Counted from the first letter of the whole stretch, positions 10,476 through 20,939 are shown. The stretch is DNA of 63,835 nucleotides, filler included, from 7 parts of 7 records of this genome joined end to end with filler, not necessarily neighbours in it; one strand, 5' to 3'. A program made the numbers and translations. The notes: generated from the sequence alone by a model not told the origin.

Positions 10476-11306
10476 ATGCCGGAACGTATCGCCTTTCAGG
10501 GAGATCTGGGCGCCTACAGTCACGAAGCCTGCCTGAATGCACGGCCCGGGGCGATTCCCGTGCCCTGCACCACCTTTGACGACGTGATTGATGCCGTGAA
10601 CAGCGGTGCCGCCGATCTGGCCATGTTGCCGGTTGAGAACACCACCTATGGCCGCGTGGCCGACATTCACCGGCTGTTGCCTCAATCGGGGCTGCGTATC
10701 GTCGGCGAAGCCTTTGTCCGCGTGCGCATTGCCGTGATGGCAAACCCCGGCCAGACACTGGACGACATCAAGCATGTGCGTGCGCATATGGTACTGATTC
10801 CGCAAGCACGTGCCTTTTTGAATGCCCATGGAATCACAGCCGAAACCGCAGCCGACAGCGCCGGCGCCGCGGCCGACATCGCGGCCTCTGGAGAAATGGG
10901 CGTTGGCGCGTTGGCCTCGAAGGTCGCGGCAGAGATTCACGGGCTGACCGTTCTGGCCAACGACATCGAGGACCAAGGCCACAACACGACGCGATTCCTG
11001 CTGATGGCGCCGCAGGCCGACTACAGCCGCCGTGCCGATCGCATGATTACCACCTTTGTCTTTGAGGTGCGCAACATTCCCGCAGCCCTTTACAAGGCGA
11101 TGGGTGGCTTTGCGACCAACGGAATCAACATGACCAAGCTGGAAAGCTATATGGTGGGCGGCGCGTTCACCGCGACCCAGTTTTACGCAGACATCGAGGG
11201 TCACCCCGAAGATCCCGGCGTGGCGCGGGCTTTGGAAGAGTTGGATTATTTCACCAACATGATCGACATTCTGGGGGTCTATCCCGCCGCACCCGGGCGC
11301 GACTGA
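10476..11306 (+). CDS. pheA: Prephenate dehydratase
   Basis: IAFQGDLGAYS, LPVENTTYG, NTTRF, ACT domain NMTKLESY; AAGGA RBS before ATG 10476. Confidence 0.95.
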   Translation: MPERIAFQGDLGAYSHEACLNARPGAIPVPCTTFDDVIDAVNSGAADLAMLPVENTTYGRVADIHRLLPQSGLRIVGEAFVRVRIAVMANPGQTLDDIKHVRAHMVLIPQARAFLNAHGITAETAADSAGAAADIAASGEMGVGALASKVAAEIHGLTVLANDIEDQGHNTTRFLLMAPQADYSRRADRMITTFVFEVRNIPAALYKAMGGFATNGINMTKLESYMVGGAFTATQFYADIEGHPEDPGVARALEELDYFTNMIDILGVYPAAPGRD

Positions 11307-11450
11307 CGCGAACGCAACCTATGCGATTAACCATTTGCGTCGAATCTCGGCGCATCGTATGACCTTTGGCAGCCCTTGATTTGCATTGTTATATCAAGGG
11401 CTTTCAACTGCCGATCCGCTGTAAACTCACTTCTGAAACGAGCCTGCCAG

Positions 11451-12500
11451 ATGCCAGATTCTTTCGAAAAATACAGTCTGACCTGGCACATCACACCGGA
11501 CATATTGGGTGTGCTCAGTGCCAGCGGCAAATTCGAAAACACCAACCCTGCCTGGTACAGGGTTTTGGGCTGGCGTGCCCACGAAGTCGAGTCACAGGAA
11601 TTTTTCCAAATTGTTCACCCCGATGACATCGCCAGAACCGAAACTGCCTTTCAGATCATCCAGCGCGGCAAGCCGATCATGGGCTTTGAGAACCGCTATC
11701 GCCATCAGGACGGCAGCTATCGCTGGCTGTCATGGAACTGTGTTCCCGAAGGCGACAGGTTCTATTGTTCAGCCCGCGACGTCACCGAAGACAAGCTGAA
11801 CCGCGCAAACCTGAAGAACCGCGAGGAAGAGGCCCGTTTTCGTGAGCAATTCATCGCGATCCTGGGCCACGACCTGCGTAACCCGCTGGCCGCAATCAAC
11901 GCCGCGACCCGGATGTTGCAGCGCAAGGAAGAAGACCCCACCAAGCAGCAACTGATGGTCGGCATCCAGGATTCGGTCGCCCGTATGTCTGCCCTGATCA
12001 ACGACATGATGGATTTTGCCCGCGCACGGCTGGGCAATGGCATCAACCTTGCGACCCCGACAGACTGCGCGTTGCACAAGGTCCTGAACCAAACTCTCGA
12101 GGAAATCCGGCTGGCCCACCCGCAGACCCGGTTCGAAGCCGAATTCGACTTTGCCGATCCGGTGCGGGTCGACAGCATGAGGATCACACAGCTGGTGTCG
12201 AACCTGCTGTCAAATGCCGCGACACATGGCGACAATGCCGAACCCGTGCGGTTGCGCGTCACGGACAAACGCGATCATTTTGTCCTGTGCGTCCACAACA
12301 GCGGGACTCCGATCCCTGCCGAGCGTCAAATCGGTATTTTCGAACCGTTCTCGGGGTTCGAACCGGACGAAGATCAAAAAGGGCTGGGGTTGGGCCTGTA
12401 CATCGCTGACCAGATCGCACGTGCGCACGGCGGCGCGATGCATCTGGCCTCGGACGAGGCCGGAACGCGGTTTACATTCACGATGCCCCGCAGCGCTTAA
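11451..12500 (+). CDS. Cytoplasmic PAS sensor histidine kinase
   Basis: PAS (VHPDD..ENRYRHQDGSYRWLSW), H-box GHDLRNPL, N-box LSNA, G2 GLGLGLYI; start approximate. Confidence 0.9.
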   Translation: MPDSFEKYSLTWHITPDILGVLSASGKFENTNPAWYRVLGWRAHEVESQEFFQIVHPDDIARTETAFQIIQRGKPIMGFENRYRHQDGSYRWLSWNCVPEGDRFYCSARDVTEDKLNRANLKNREEEARFREQFIAILGHDLRNPLAAINAATRMLQRKEEDPTKQQLMVGIQDSVARMSALINDMMDFARARLGNGINLATPTDCALHKVLNQTLEEIRLAHPQTRFEAEFDFADPVRVDSMRITQLVSNLLSNAATHGDNAEPVRLRVTDKRDHFVLCVHNSGTPIPAERQIGIFEPFSGFEPDEDQKGLGLGLYIADQIARAHGGAMHLASDEAGTRFTFTMPRSA

Positions 12501-12964
12501 GCCGAGCGTTTATAGCGCTCTTCCATCGTTTTGGCATATTCGGCGACGCGCAGCTTGAACCGTTTGGTCAACGACGTCTTGGCCAGCTTCAACGATTGTA
12601 CCAACAGGCGCGCCGACAGGTTCAGCGGTACGATGTCCAGCGAGATTGCCACCCGTGTGCGGGTGCGCGACAGCGCCATCAGTTCGATCTGGAACGTGCC
12701 CTCAAGCCCGGCCGAGCGGTAGGCCAGCAGCATCTCCTGTGGCCGCTCAAACCGGGTCATCTCCAGCTGCAGCTTGCGCATCTTGCCACGCATCGAAAAC
12801 ACGACGTCCCACATCATCCCGACACCGGGCTTGGGCAGCCGGTCAACGCGCTGCACTTCGGCACCACGACGCATGGCAGAGCGTTCAAAACCCTCGAAAT
12901 CGCAGAGCATGTCAAACACGCCCTCAATAGGGGCTTCGATATCCTCTCGGGTTGAAAACTTCAT
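12497..12964 (-). CDS. SRPBCC/START-like family protein
   Basis: MKFSTREDIEAPIEGVFDML N-terminus and C-terminal helix typical of SRPBCC proteins. Confidence 0.75.
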   Translation of the reverse strand: MKFSTREDIEAPIEGVFDMLCDFEGFERSAMRRGAEVQRVDRLPKPGVGMMWDVVFSMRGKMRKLQLEMTRFERPQEMLLAYRSAGLEGTFQIELMALSRTRTRVAISLDIVPLNLSARLLVQSLKLAKTSLTKRFKLRVAEYAKTMEERYKRSA

Positions 12965-13006
12965 GGCACTGCCCGCTCTCTTTTGAGATTTTCTATCAGC
13001 TTGTTC

Positions 13007-13975
13007 TTAATCCAAAGTATCCGCAAGCCAGTTCTCCAGCAAGAAGTGCGCGATAGCCCCCTTGCGCGCAGGCAACAGGCGCGGGTGTTCTCCGGCAAAG
13101 GCCTGAACCATTTCCTCGCGACTGACCCACATGGCATCCTCGATCTCGACCGGGTCAATGTGGATCTCGTCCGTGGTCGCCACGCCGTGACACCCGAACA
13201 TCAACGACGCCGGGAATGGCCAGGGTTGGCTGGCCAGATAATCGACCTGTCCGACGCGCACACCGCTTTCCTCGAACACCTCGCGGCGCACGGCAGCCTC
13301 CAGCGTCTCGCCGGGTTCGACAAAGCCGGCCAGCAGCGAATACATGCCATCGGGCCAGCCGGGCGAGCGCCCCATCAGAACAGAATTTCCATGTGTGATC
13401 AGCATGATAACCACGGGATCAGTACGCGGAAAGTGGCTGGTGTGGCAGGCCGGACAAGCCCGCCGCCATCCGGCATCTGCGATTTCGCTGGCCGCGCCGC
13501 ATTTGGCACAGAATCCGTGGCTGTCGTGCCAGCCGATGATCGCCTTGGCCGTCGCCGCCAGTTCGGCGTCGCGCGGGCTGAGCCATGTCATGATCCGGCG
13601 CAATTCGGCAAAAACTTCGAGATCGTCCAATGTCGGGTGATGCTGTTCGCTGGGGTCCAGAAATCCACCAAGGGCGGCCATGTCGGTCTGGTCCGGCTCC
13701 CATTTCGACAGGTCATAGGCAAAGCGCGGCGCGCCATCCTCGCGGCCCAGAAAAACCGGCTCTTCCACTGCCTCCTGCAGGATCGGATGGTCCATCGGCA
13801 ACCGCATCAGGATTGTGGGGCGGATGCGCACGATCAACGGCTTGCCGCGCCACAGCGCGATTGCACGGGCATCGGGATGGGCACGCGCCTCGGCTATTGC
13901 CTGCGGGTTTGCGCGTATCTCGCCTGCGCGGTCCAGCGCCGAACCTCCGAATGTCACCGTTTCCGCGTGTCGCAT
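13007..13975 (-). CDS. nudC: NADH pyrophosphatase
   Basis: FCAKCG/CPAC zinc ribbon, FPRTDPVVI, Nudix box AGFVEPGETLEAAVRREVFEESGV, SQPWPFPAS. Confidence 0.96.
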   Translation of the reverse strand: MRHAETVTFGGSALDRAGEIRANPQAIAEARAHPDARAIALWRGKPLIVRIRPTILMRLPMDHPILQEAVEEPVFLGREDGAPRFAYDLSKWEPDQTDMAALGGFLDPSEQHHPTLDDLEVFAELRRIMTWLSPRDAELAATAKAIIGWHDSHGFCAKCGAASEIADAGWRRACPACHTSHFPRTDPVVIMLITHGNSVLMGRSPGWPDGMYSLLAGFVEPGETLEAAVRREVFEESGVRVGQVDYLASQPWPFPASLMFGCHGVATTDEIHIDPVEIEDAMWVSREEMVQAFAGEHPRLLPARKGAIAHFLLENWLADTLD

Positions 13976-14306
13976 CTGCATAGTCTCCCTCGCACCGGAG
14001 TAACCTGTGCCACGGGGGCGAAAATGGTTCAATCCCACGAAACCCCTGCCCGTCAGGCGGTTGCGCAACCTAAAGGCAAGGCACCAAGCAGGATTTTCGT
14101 CTGGGGATTGCCCGAGCGCCCCGCGACACGCACCGCAAACCCGAAAAATCGGTGCAGGCAAACGGTTGCCATGCCGCCCCACGCCCCCTATATGGGGCAT
14201 CGAGANNNNNNNNNNNNNNNNNNNNNNNNNNNNNNNNNNNNNNNNNNNNTTAATTAATTAANNNNNNNNNNNNNNNNNNNNNNNNNNNNNNNNNNNNNNN
14301 NNNNNG

Positions 14307-15146
14307 ATGTTCGGCGATATCGTCAAGGTGACGCCCTCGTCCAAGGTAGTGGGCGACATGGCGCTGGCCATGGTCTCGGCCGGCATCACGCGGTCCGATG
14401 TTGAGAACCCGGACAAGGACATCGCCTTCCCCGATAGTGTCGTGGGCTTCTTTGCCGGCGATCTGGGCCAGCCGCCGGGCGGCTTCCCGGAAAAGCTGCA
14501 AAAGAAGGTCCTGAAGGGCAAGACGGCGCTGACCGAGCGCCCCGGCTCCTATTTGAAGGATGTCGACCTTGAAGCCGAGCGCGCAAAGATCGCCGAGGAG
14601 GTCGGGCATCCGGTCGATGATTTTCGGCTGGCCTCATACCTGATGTACCCGAAAGTCTACTCGGATTTCGAAAAGACCCAGGACATGTATGGCCCCACCG
14701 AGGTGCTGCCTACGCCGGTCTATTTCTATGGGCTGCAGGAAGGCGACGAACTGCTGGTCGACATTGAAAAGGGCAAGACGCTGGTCGTCACCTATCAGGG
14801 TCGCGCCCCGACCAATGAAAAGGGCGAAGTGCGCTGCTTTTTCGATCTCAACGGCCAGCCCCGCACCATCACCGTGCCCGATCGCCTCAAGGCCGGTGAC
14901 GTGGTCGTGCGGGCCAAGGCCGTGGCGGGCGATCCCAAGCAGGTCGGCGCGCCCATGCCCGGCGTCATCTCGACCCTGGCAGTGAAACAGGGCCAGGCGG
15001 TCAAGGCCGGCGACGTGCTCTGCTCGATCGAGGCCATGAAGATGGAAACCGCCATCCACGCGGAAACCGATGGCACCGTGGCCGAACTCTTGATCAAGCC
15101 CGGTGACCAGATCGACGCCAAGGATTTGTTGGTGCGGCTGGACTGA
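14307..15146 (+). CDS. pyc: Pyruvate carboxylase C-terminus, 5'-truncated
   Basis: FGDIVKVTPSSKVVGDMAL, YLMYPKV, biotinyl motif EAMKME. Confidence 0.96.
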   Translation: MFGDIVKVTPSSKVVGDMALAMVSAGITRSDVENPDKDIAFPDSVVGFFAGDLGQPPGGFPEKLQKKVLKGKTALTERPGSYLKDVDLEAERAKIAEEVGHPVDDFRLASYLMYPKVYSDFEKTQDMYGPTEVLPTPVYFYGLQEGDELLVDIEKGKTLVVTYQGRAPTNEKGEVRCFFDLNGQPRTITVPDRLKAGDVVVRAKAVAGDPKQVGAPMPGVISTLAVKQGQAVKAGDVLCSIEAMKMETAIHAETDGTVAELLIKPGDQIDAKDLLVRLD

Positions 15147-15149
15147 GCT

Positions 15150-15455
15150 GTGCACATTCTAGCGCTACGGACGTTGAAAGCGTTCTGGGAAAAGCATCCC
15201 CAGGCCGAACGTCCGTTGCGAGAATGGTACGCCAGAACTTCAAAGGCGCGTTGGCTCACGCCGCAGGATATCAAAAACGAGTTCGGCGGGAACGTCGACT
15301 TTTTGGCCGACAATCGCTGCGTCTTTGATATTGGCAGCAACAAATACCGCCTGATAACCTACAACGCTTATGCTTTCGGGCTTATATATGTGAAGTTCGT
15401 CGGCACACACGCCGAGTACGACAAGATCGATGCAGGCACTGTAAATGAACATTAG
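15150..15455 (+). CDS. higB: HigB-family mRNase toxin
   Basis: L..FWEKHPQAE.PL..W, NRCVFDIG.NKYRL, KFVGTHAEYDKI; GTG start. Confidence 0.9.
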   Translation: MHILALRTLKAFWEKHPQAERPLREWYARTSKARWLTPQDIKNEFGGNVDFLADNRCVFDIGSNKYRLITYNAYAFGLIYVKFVGTHAEYDKIDAGTVNEH

Positions 15456-15816
15456 ACCCATCCGGACAGAAGAGGATTTGACCTGGGCGCTCGCCGAGGT
15501 CGAAACCTATTTCTTGAACGAGCCCGAGAAGGGTTCGGCCGATGCCGTTCGGTTCGAAGTTCTGGCCGATCTCATCCGGGCATACGAGTCCCTGCATTGG
15601 GCACTAGAAGAAACTGTGCCGGATGCTGAAAGGCAGCTGCCAATTCGTGCCTTCATGAACAGCAACTATGGCTCGCTTAAATCTGCCATCAAGAATGAGA
15701 AAATTGCCAAGCTGATCAAGCAGCGAAAAGGCCAGATGTCTGCTTCATCTAGCCGCGAACCGGTCCGAACCCGCCATTTGCAAAAGCACGCAGCGCGCCT
15801 GCCAAAGGCAGGTTAG
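15445..15816 (+). CDS. higA: HigA-like antitoxin with degenerate C-terminal HTH
   Basis: MNIRPIRTEED..AL..F..P..RFEVL.DLI.AYE..HW N-terminus; overlaps toxin stop. Confidence 0.75.
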   Translation: MNIRPIRTEEDLTWALAEVETYFLNEPEKGSADAVRFEVLADLIRAYESLHWALEETVPDAERQLPIRAFMNSNYGSLKSAIKNEKIAKLIKQRKGQMSASSSREPVRTRHLQKHAARLPKAG

Positions 15817-16115
15817 TCGCTCCGGCGCGCCGTGCCATCCACGGTCGGGCCATACTTGCCCGAATAGACCTTGGCCGGCACGGGCAGGCGGGAGACGATC
15901 CAGCTCACCATCAGCGGCACCAGGATAACGTCATCCACCCAGCCGAGCAGGGGGATGAAATCGGGCAGGATGTCGAACGGGTTCACCAGGTAAAAGGCGA
16001 CGAACAGCGTCGCGGCCTTGAGGTGAATTGGCGTCTCGGGCGCCCAGAAGGCTTTCCAGAGCTGCACGACTTCCTTGCGGAACAGAACGAGACGGGTGAG
16101 GAACATGGTCATCAT
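15813..16115 (-). CDS. YkvA/DUF1232 membrane protein
   Basis: YLVNPFDILPDFIPLLGWVDD signature. Confidence 0.9.
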   Translation of the reverse strand: MMTMFLTRLVLFRKEVVQLWKAFWAPETPIHLKAATLFVAFYLVNPFDILPDFIPLLGWVDDVILVPLMVSWIVSRLPVPAKVYSGKYGPTVDGTARRSD

Positions 16116-16160
16116 GCCTGATAGATGGGGTGGTGTAGACCGCGTTCAAGATCGTCGCGA

Positions 16161-17147
16161 TCACAACTGAGGCAGCGCGATCACCGGCCAGCCCTCCTCG
16201 TCAAACCCGATCGGCGTCAGCGCCAATTGCGGCATGCCGCCCTGGTTCCGGTCATACCAGTGATAGGCCAGCCAGGGCGCGCCATCGCGCAGGAAGACTT
16301 CCTGTCCGCCGGGGCCGCGGACACGCCCGTCCGAGGCGAGCAGTTCGCTGCCGCCGCCTTCGAGCATGGGCGTGCCGTTCCGGTCGCGATAGGGCCCGGT
16401 GATCGTGTCGGCCCGGCCCACCAAGATGCGATAGGTCGATGCCGTGCCGGCGCAGCATTTGTCGAAGGAAACAAAGAGATAGAATTGTCCGTCATGCTCA
16501 AGAATGGCCGGGGCCTCGATGGCGCCGCCGCCGCGCGAGGCCAATGGCTGTCGTTCCGCGCCGGGCAAGGCCAGGCCGGTCGCCGGATCGAGTTCGACCA
16601 TGCCGATGCCGTCCCAGAACGAGCCGAAGGCGAGCCAGGCCCTGCCCTGGCTATCGATACGGAACGGGTCGATGGCGTTGAAATTGTCGCTGCGATGGGA
16701 TCGGAGCACCATGCCCTGGTCTGCCCAGCCGACGGTGGGATCGGCGGCTTCAAGCTCGCTATTGGTCATCAGGCCGATGGCGCTGTCATTCCGGCCAAAG
16801 CTTGAGGCGGCATAATAGAGATAATGTGTGCCATCCTTTTCGAAGACGGACGGAGCCCAGAGATTGGGCGGGGTCAGCCCCAGCTCTGCGCTGACCCAGT
16901 TGGGCATGCCGCCGGGCAGGGCGCCGGTCTCCTGCCAGTCAAGGCCATCGGGCGAGGTCTTGGTGCGGATCTGCCCGCCATCGGGCGCCCGCTCGACCCC
17001 TGTGGCGAAGGAGACCAGCCCGTCCTCAAGCACGGCGATTGTCGGATCATGAATGGCGATATTGCCGGTCAGCGGCGCGGCTGACGCGGATTGGGCCATG
17101 GCGGAGAGCAAGATGAGCGTGATGCGCAGTGTCATCGGCTTTGGCAT
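16161..17147 (-). CDS. Secreted GH43 endo-1,5-alpha-L-arabinanase
   Basis: Signal peptide; HDPT, WAPSV, NAIDP, FGSFWDGI, IEAP, SFDKCC motifs; GGAGG RBS. Confidence 0.88.
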   Translation of the reverse strand: MPKPMTLRITLILLSAMAQSASAAPLTGNIAIHDPTIAVLEDGLVSFATGVERAPDGGQIRTKTSPDGLDWQETGALPGGMPNWVSAELGLTPPNLWAPSVFEKDGTHYLYYAASSFGRNDSAIGLMTNSELEAADPTVGWADQGMVLRSHRSDNFNAIDPFRIDSQGRAWLAFGSFWDGIGMVELDPATGLALPGAERQPLASRGGGAIEAPAILEHDGQFYLFVSFDKCCAGTASTYRILVGRADTITGPYRDRNGTPMLEGGGSELLASDGRVRGPGGQEVFLRDGAPWLAYHWYDRNQGGMPQLALTPIGFDEEGWPVIALPQL

Positions 17148-17228
17148 CGATCCTCCCTGATCACGCAAGCGTAACATTGCGTCTCTAGCCTTGCGGGCTT
17201 ATCTGTGGCGCAAACACGAGGTGATACT

Positions 17229-18470
17229 ATGGCCGGACCGGCAGCGCGCAGGCAATCGGTGGGCGTCAATGTGGGTGGCGTCATGGTGGGCGGTGGCGCC
17301 CCCGTGGTCGTGCAATCGATGACCAATACCGATACCGCCGATATCGATGCGACGGTGCGCCAGGTCATGCAACTGGCCCGCGCCGGCTCGGAAATCGTGC
17401 GCATCACCGTTGATCGCGACGAGAGCGCGGCCGCCGTGCCGGTCATCCGCGACCGGCTGATGAGCATGGGTTATGACGTGCCGCTTGTGGGCGACTTTCA
17501 TTACATCGGCCACAAACTTCTTACAGACCACCCGGCCTGTGCCGAGGCGCTAGCGAAATATCGCATCAATCCGGGCAATGTGGGCTTCAAGGCCAAACGC
17601 GATACCCAGTTTGCCACGCTCATCGAGATCGCCAACCGCTACGACAAGCCGGTGCGTATCGGGGTCAATTGGGGCTCGCTCGACGAGGAACTGCTGACCA
17701 AGCTGATGGACGAAAACGCGGCGTCCGACACGCCGATTTCGGCCGCTGCGGTGCAGCGCGAGGCGATCATCCAGTCGGCCCTGCTCTCGGCTGCCCGCGC
17801 CGAGGACCTGGGCATGGGCCGCGACAAGATCCTGCTCTCGACCAAGGTCAGCGACGTCCAGCACCTGATTGCCGTCTATCAGGATCTGGCGGCGCGCTGC
17901 GACTATGCGCTCCATCTCGGGCTCACCGAAGCCGGCATGGGGTCCAAGGGCATCGTTGCCTCCTCGGCGGCGTTGGGCATTCTCCTGCAACAGGGTATTG
18001 GCGACACGATCCGCATTTCCCTCACCCCCGAGCCGGGCGGCGATCGCACGACGGAAGTGAAAGTCGCGCAGGAATTGCTGCAGACCATGGGGTTCCGGCA
18101 GTTCCTGCCGGTGGTCGCCGCCTGCCCGGGTTGCGGTCGCACCACCTCCACCACCTTCCAGACGCTGGCCAAGGACATCCAGGACCACCTCAACACCTCC
18201 ATGCCTGAATGGCGCGAGCGCTATCCGGGCGTCGAGACGCTGTCGGTGGCGGTGATGGGTTGCATCGTCAACGGACCGGGGGAAAGCAAGCACGCCAATA
18301 TCGGCATTTCGCTGCCCGGCACCGGCGAAACCCCGGCGGCGCCGGTGTTTGTCGATGGCGAGAAGGTCGCGACCCTCAGGGGTGCCGATGTGGCCGATCA
18401 GTTCAAGGCCATGGTGGCCGACTATATCGAGCGCAAATTCGGTTCGGGCAAGCAGGACGCGGCCGAATAG
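17229..18470 (+). CDS. ispG: HMBPP synthase (flavodoxin)
   Basis: [47 protein letters not shown]. Confidence 0.97.
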   Translation: MAGPAARRQSVGVNVGGVMVGGGAPVVVQSMTNTDTADIDATVRQVMQLARAGSEIVRITVDRDESAAAVPVIRDRLMSMGYDVPLVGDFHYIGHKLLTDHPACAEALAKYRINPGNVGFKAKRDTQFATLIEIANRYDKPVRIGVNWGSLDEELLTKLMDENAASDTPISAAAVQREAIIQSALLSAARAEDLGMGRDKILLSTKVSDVQHLIAVYQDLAARCDYALHLGLTEAGMGSKGIVASSAALGILLQQGIGDTIRISLTPEPGGDRTTEVKVAQELLQTMGFRQFLPVVAACPGCGRTTSTTFQTLAKDIQDHLNTSMPEWRERYPGVETLSVAVMGCIVNGPGESKHANIGISLPGTGETPAAPVFVDGEKVATLRGADVADQFKAMVADYIERKFGSGKQDAAE

Positions 18471-18473
18471 GGC

Positions 18474-19652
18474 TTAGCCGAGCGTTACCCGGTCGCGGCC
18501 GTCATTCTTGCTGACATAGAGCAAATTGTCGGCGCGGTCATAGATCTGGTCAAGGGTTTCCAGACCCCCCAGCGCGGTGGCGCCGATGCTGACCGACAGG
18601 CTCGCGCCGACGGGCAGGGCGATGCGCCCGATATTGTTGCGCATGGTTTCAAGGATTGAGCGGGCATGTTCAAGGCCGGTGCCATAAAGCAGCACGGCAA
18701 ACTCCTCGCCCCCCAGACGGGCCGCCATGTCCATGGGGCGGCGCGCCGTATCGCCGATGACATCGGCCACCTGCCGCAATGCCTCGTCCCCCGCTGTGTG
18801 GCCAAAACGGTCATTGAAGGCCTTGAAGTGGTCGATATCGATCACGGCCAGAACCAGGGGCTCGTCGGTTCGCCCGGCATGGGCGATGGCGGCGGCGGCG
18901 TGACGCTGGAACAGGCGGCGATTGGCCAGATCGGTCAGGGGATCGAACTGGGCCTGATGCAAGAGGATAGCGCCGAGCAGGAATTGCCGGCGATGGGCAT
19001 ATTCGCGCAGATAGGCCCCCACCGCAGCCACCGGAACGGCCATGATCATCACCGCCAGCAGCATCATCTGCGCCTGCCAGAGATCTGGCGGCAGCACGGT
19101 GATGCCGGCAATGGTGGTGAAGGCCACCATGGCGATGCTGGCGGTCAGGGCGTGGTAGAAGCGCAGGCCTATGGGCAGGAATGAAGCCATCACCACCACG
19201 ATCTGGGCGGTGTCGGCCGATGGGATGCCATTGGCCTTGTAGATCACGGCGGTCAGGGCCACAGCCAGGCACAGCAGCAGATAGACCGTAAAGGCCTTGG
19301 CCTCGAGGATTTCGGGCCGGCTCAGCCGTGGCAGCAGGCAGGTCAGCAGCAGAGCCAGCACCAGCCAGCGCGCGCCGAGCAGGACCATGATGTCGGGCGC
19401 CGGGGGCCAGGTGGCATAAAGGTCGAGGCGCACGACATCGAATATTGCAAAGCCGCCCCAGATGATCAGCGCGGCCAGGGTAATGATCAATACCGGCCGT
19501 TGGGCCTCGGCCACGACCAGCCGCTGATATTGCGCTTCCAGCGCCGGGGCAAAGCGCAGCGTGCGGAATCCCTGCCGCAACTGCGCCTCGCAGGCCTCGC
19601 CAGTGGGCGCGTCCGGTCCGGTATAGGACGATGTCGCTAGCGTGTTCGGCAC
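18474..19652 (-). CDS. Membrane-bound diguanylate cyclase
   Basis: About 6 TM helices, DPLT.LANRR, DIDHFK..ND, RPMD I-site, GGEEF. Confidence 0.92.
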   Translation of the reverse strand: MPNTLATSSYTGPDAPTGEACEAQLRQGFRTLRFAPALEAQYQRLVVAEAQRPVLIITLAALIIWGGFAIFDVVRLDLYATWPPAPDIMVLLGARWLVLALLLTCLLPRLSRPEILEAKAFTVYLLLCLAVALTAVIYKANGIPSADTAQIVVVMASFLPIGLRFYHALTASIAMVAFTTIAGITVLPPDLWQAQMMLLAVMIMAVPVAAVGAYLREYAHRRQFLLGAILLHQAQFDPLTDLANRRLFQRHAAAAIAHAGRTDEPLVLAVIDIDHFKAFNDRFGHTAGDEALRQVADVIGDTARRPMDMAARLGGEEFAVLLYGTGLEHARSILETMRNNIGRIALPVGASLSVSIGATALGGLETLDQIYDRADNLLYVSKNDGRDRVTLG

Positions 19653-19749
19653 CGAAAGGGACCTCGCAAAGGGACCGGAATGGCCCCGCTCTGTGTGGCG
19701 ACTATGCCAAGCGAGCGTTGCGAAGCTGTAAAGTTATCCGCTCAGGATG

Positions 19750-20172
19750 TCATGCCTGCCATTCGGGGAGCGGGAAGAGCCGGTCATAGGCCCAGTTAAA
19801 GATCAGCGCATAGCCCATGTAGAACAGCGCGAATGCCAGGTCCATGACCAGCGCCTGCCAGAGCGAAATGCCCAGATAAAGTGCAATGAGCGGCATCAGC
19901 ATGATCAAAAGGCCGATTTCGAACAGCACCGCATGGGCAATGCGGACCGGGCCGGACTTGAGCGTCGTGCCGGCAAGCCGGTTCAGCGCCTTGTCGAAGA
20001 AAAGATTGTAGACATAGTTCCACACCATGGCGACGGTGGCGCTGCCAACGATGATGACGGCACTGTCACCGGCATGCAGGTGGAAGGCGAAGGCTGCCAG
20101 CGGCGTCGCAATCAGGATACCGATGATTTCGAAGGAAATGGCGTGACGAATACGGTCAGCGGTGGTCCGCAT
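19750..20172 (-). CDS. PACE-family efflux transporter
   Basis: MRTTADRIRHAISFE, WNYVYNLFFD, RIAHAVLFEIG, FNWAYD duplicated halves. Confidence 0.92.
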   Translation of the reverse strand: MRTTADRIRHAISFEIIGILIATPLAAFAFHLHAGDSAVIIVGSATVAMVWNYVYNLFFDKALNRLAGTTLKSGPVRIAHAVLFEIGLLIMLMPLIALYLGISLWQALVMDLAFALFYMGYALIFNWAYDRLFPLPEWQA

Positions 20173-20300
20173 GGAAAGCTCCATGAGTTCCGGGCCGTCC
20201 CGAACGCTGATCCCGGAATGGGGGAGGTCGTCCTCGCTTGCCGGCTGGATATAGGCTCTGGCGCAAAACCGGGCAAGACCGGCACGGCATATCCGATAGT

Positions 20301-20939
20301 CTAGGGACGCAGGGCAAACACCCCGGCGCGCACTGGCGCGGTGCCGCCCATATCGTCGACCAGATAGGTGGTCAATAGCTCGAGCCGGTCGAGCGGCAGG
20401 TTGCGGCGAAACGGATCGCCGACCAGCACGCGGGCGCCACGCCTTGCGGCCGCCTCCAGCAGCGGCAGCGTATCGGCCACAATAGCGGGATCGTAGAACA
20501 CGTCGCCGGCCAGAACGATCTCGGCGTCGGGCAGGTGCGGCTGATCCCAGACGGCGATCTCGGCCTGGTTGGCCGCCGCATTGAGTTGCAGCGCCACCGG
20601 GGCCACCGGGTCGGCGTCCATGGCCCAGATTTTTGTTGCCCCCGCCTTGGCGGCGGCGATACCGATGAGACCCGATCCGGCGCCGAAATCGAGCACGGAT
20701 TGGCCTGCAACCAATTCGGGATGATCGCGCAGATAAAGCGTCAGCGCCGCGCCGCCGCCCCAGGCATAGGCCCAATAGGGCGGAATGTCGTCCAGCCCTT
20801 CGCTGGCCAGCCAGCCGATCAGCCCGCTTTGCGGGGTTGGCGTGTAAATGGCAATATCGGGCCGGAACGGCAGGGCGCGCAGCGTCAGGCGCTGCGTGAT
20901 GAAATTCCCGGCGCGCTGGGTCAGTCCGGCAATTGGCAC
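20301..20939 (-). CDS. Class I SAM methyltransferase (protein lysine MTase, Methyltransf_16-like)
   Basis: PPYWAYAWGGG, VLDFGAGSGL, AGDVFYD, GDP.R; start approximate. Confidence 0.85.
   Translation of the reverse strand: MPIAGLTQRAGNFITQRLTLRALPFRPDIAIYTPTPQSGLIGWLASEGLDDIPPYWAYAWGGGAALTLYLRDHPELVAGQSVLDFGAGSGLIGIAAAKAGATKIWAMDADPVAPVALQLNAAANQAEIAVWDQPHLPDAEIVLAGDVFYDPAIVADTLPLLEAAARRGARVLVGDPFRRNLPLDRLELLTTYLVDDMGGTAPVRAGVFALRP

Noticed and set aside
9801-11306. Apparent long overlap of 501-aa and 454-aa ORFs
   Set aside because: True starts are 10476 (pheA) and 10343 (cytochrome c); the genes are simply divergent
12983-14205. 424-aa plus-strand ORF and similar long antisense ORFs in the GC-rich bacterial contigs
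   Set aside because: Antisense shadows of nudC, ispA/MOSC, fumC and yejB with no independent motifs
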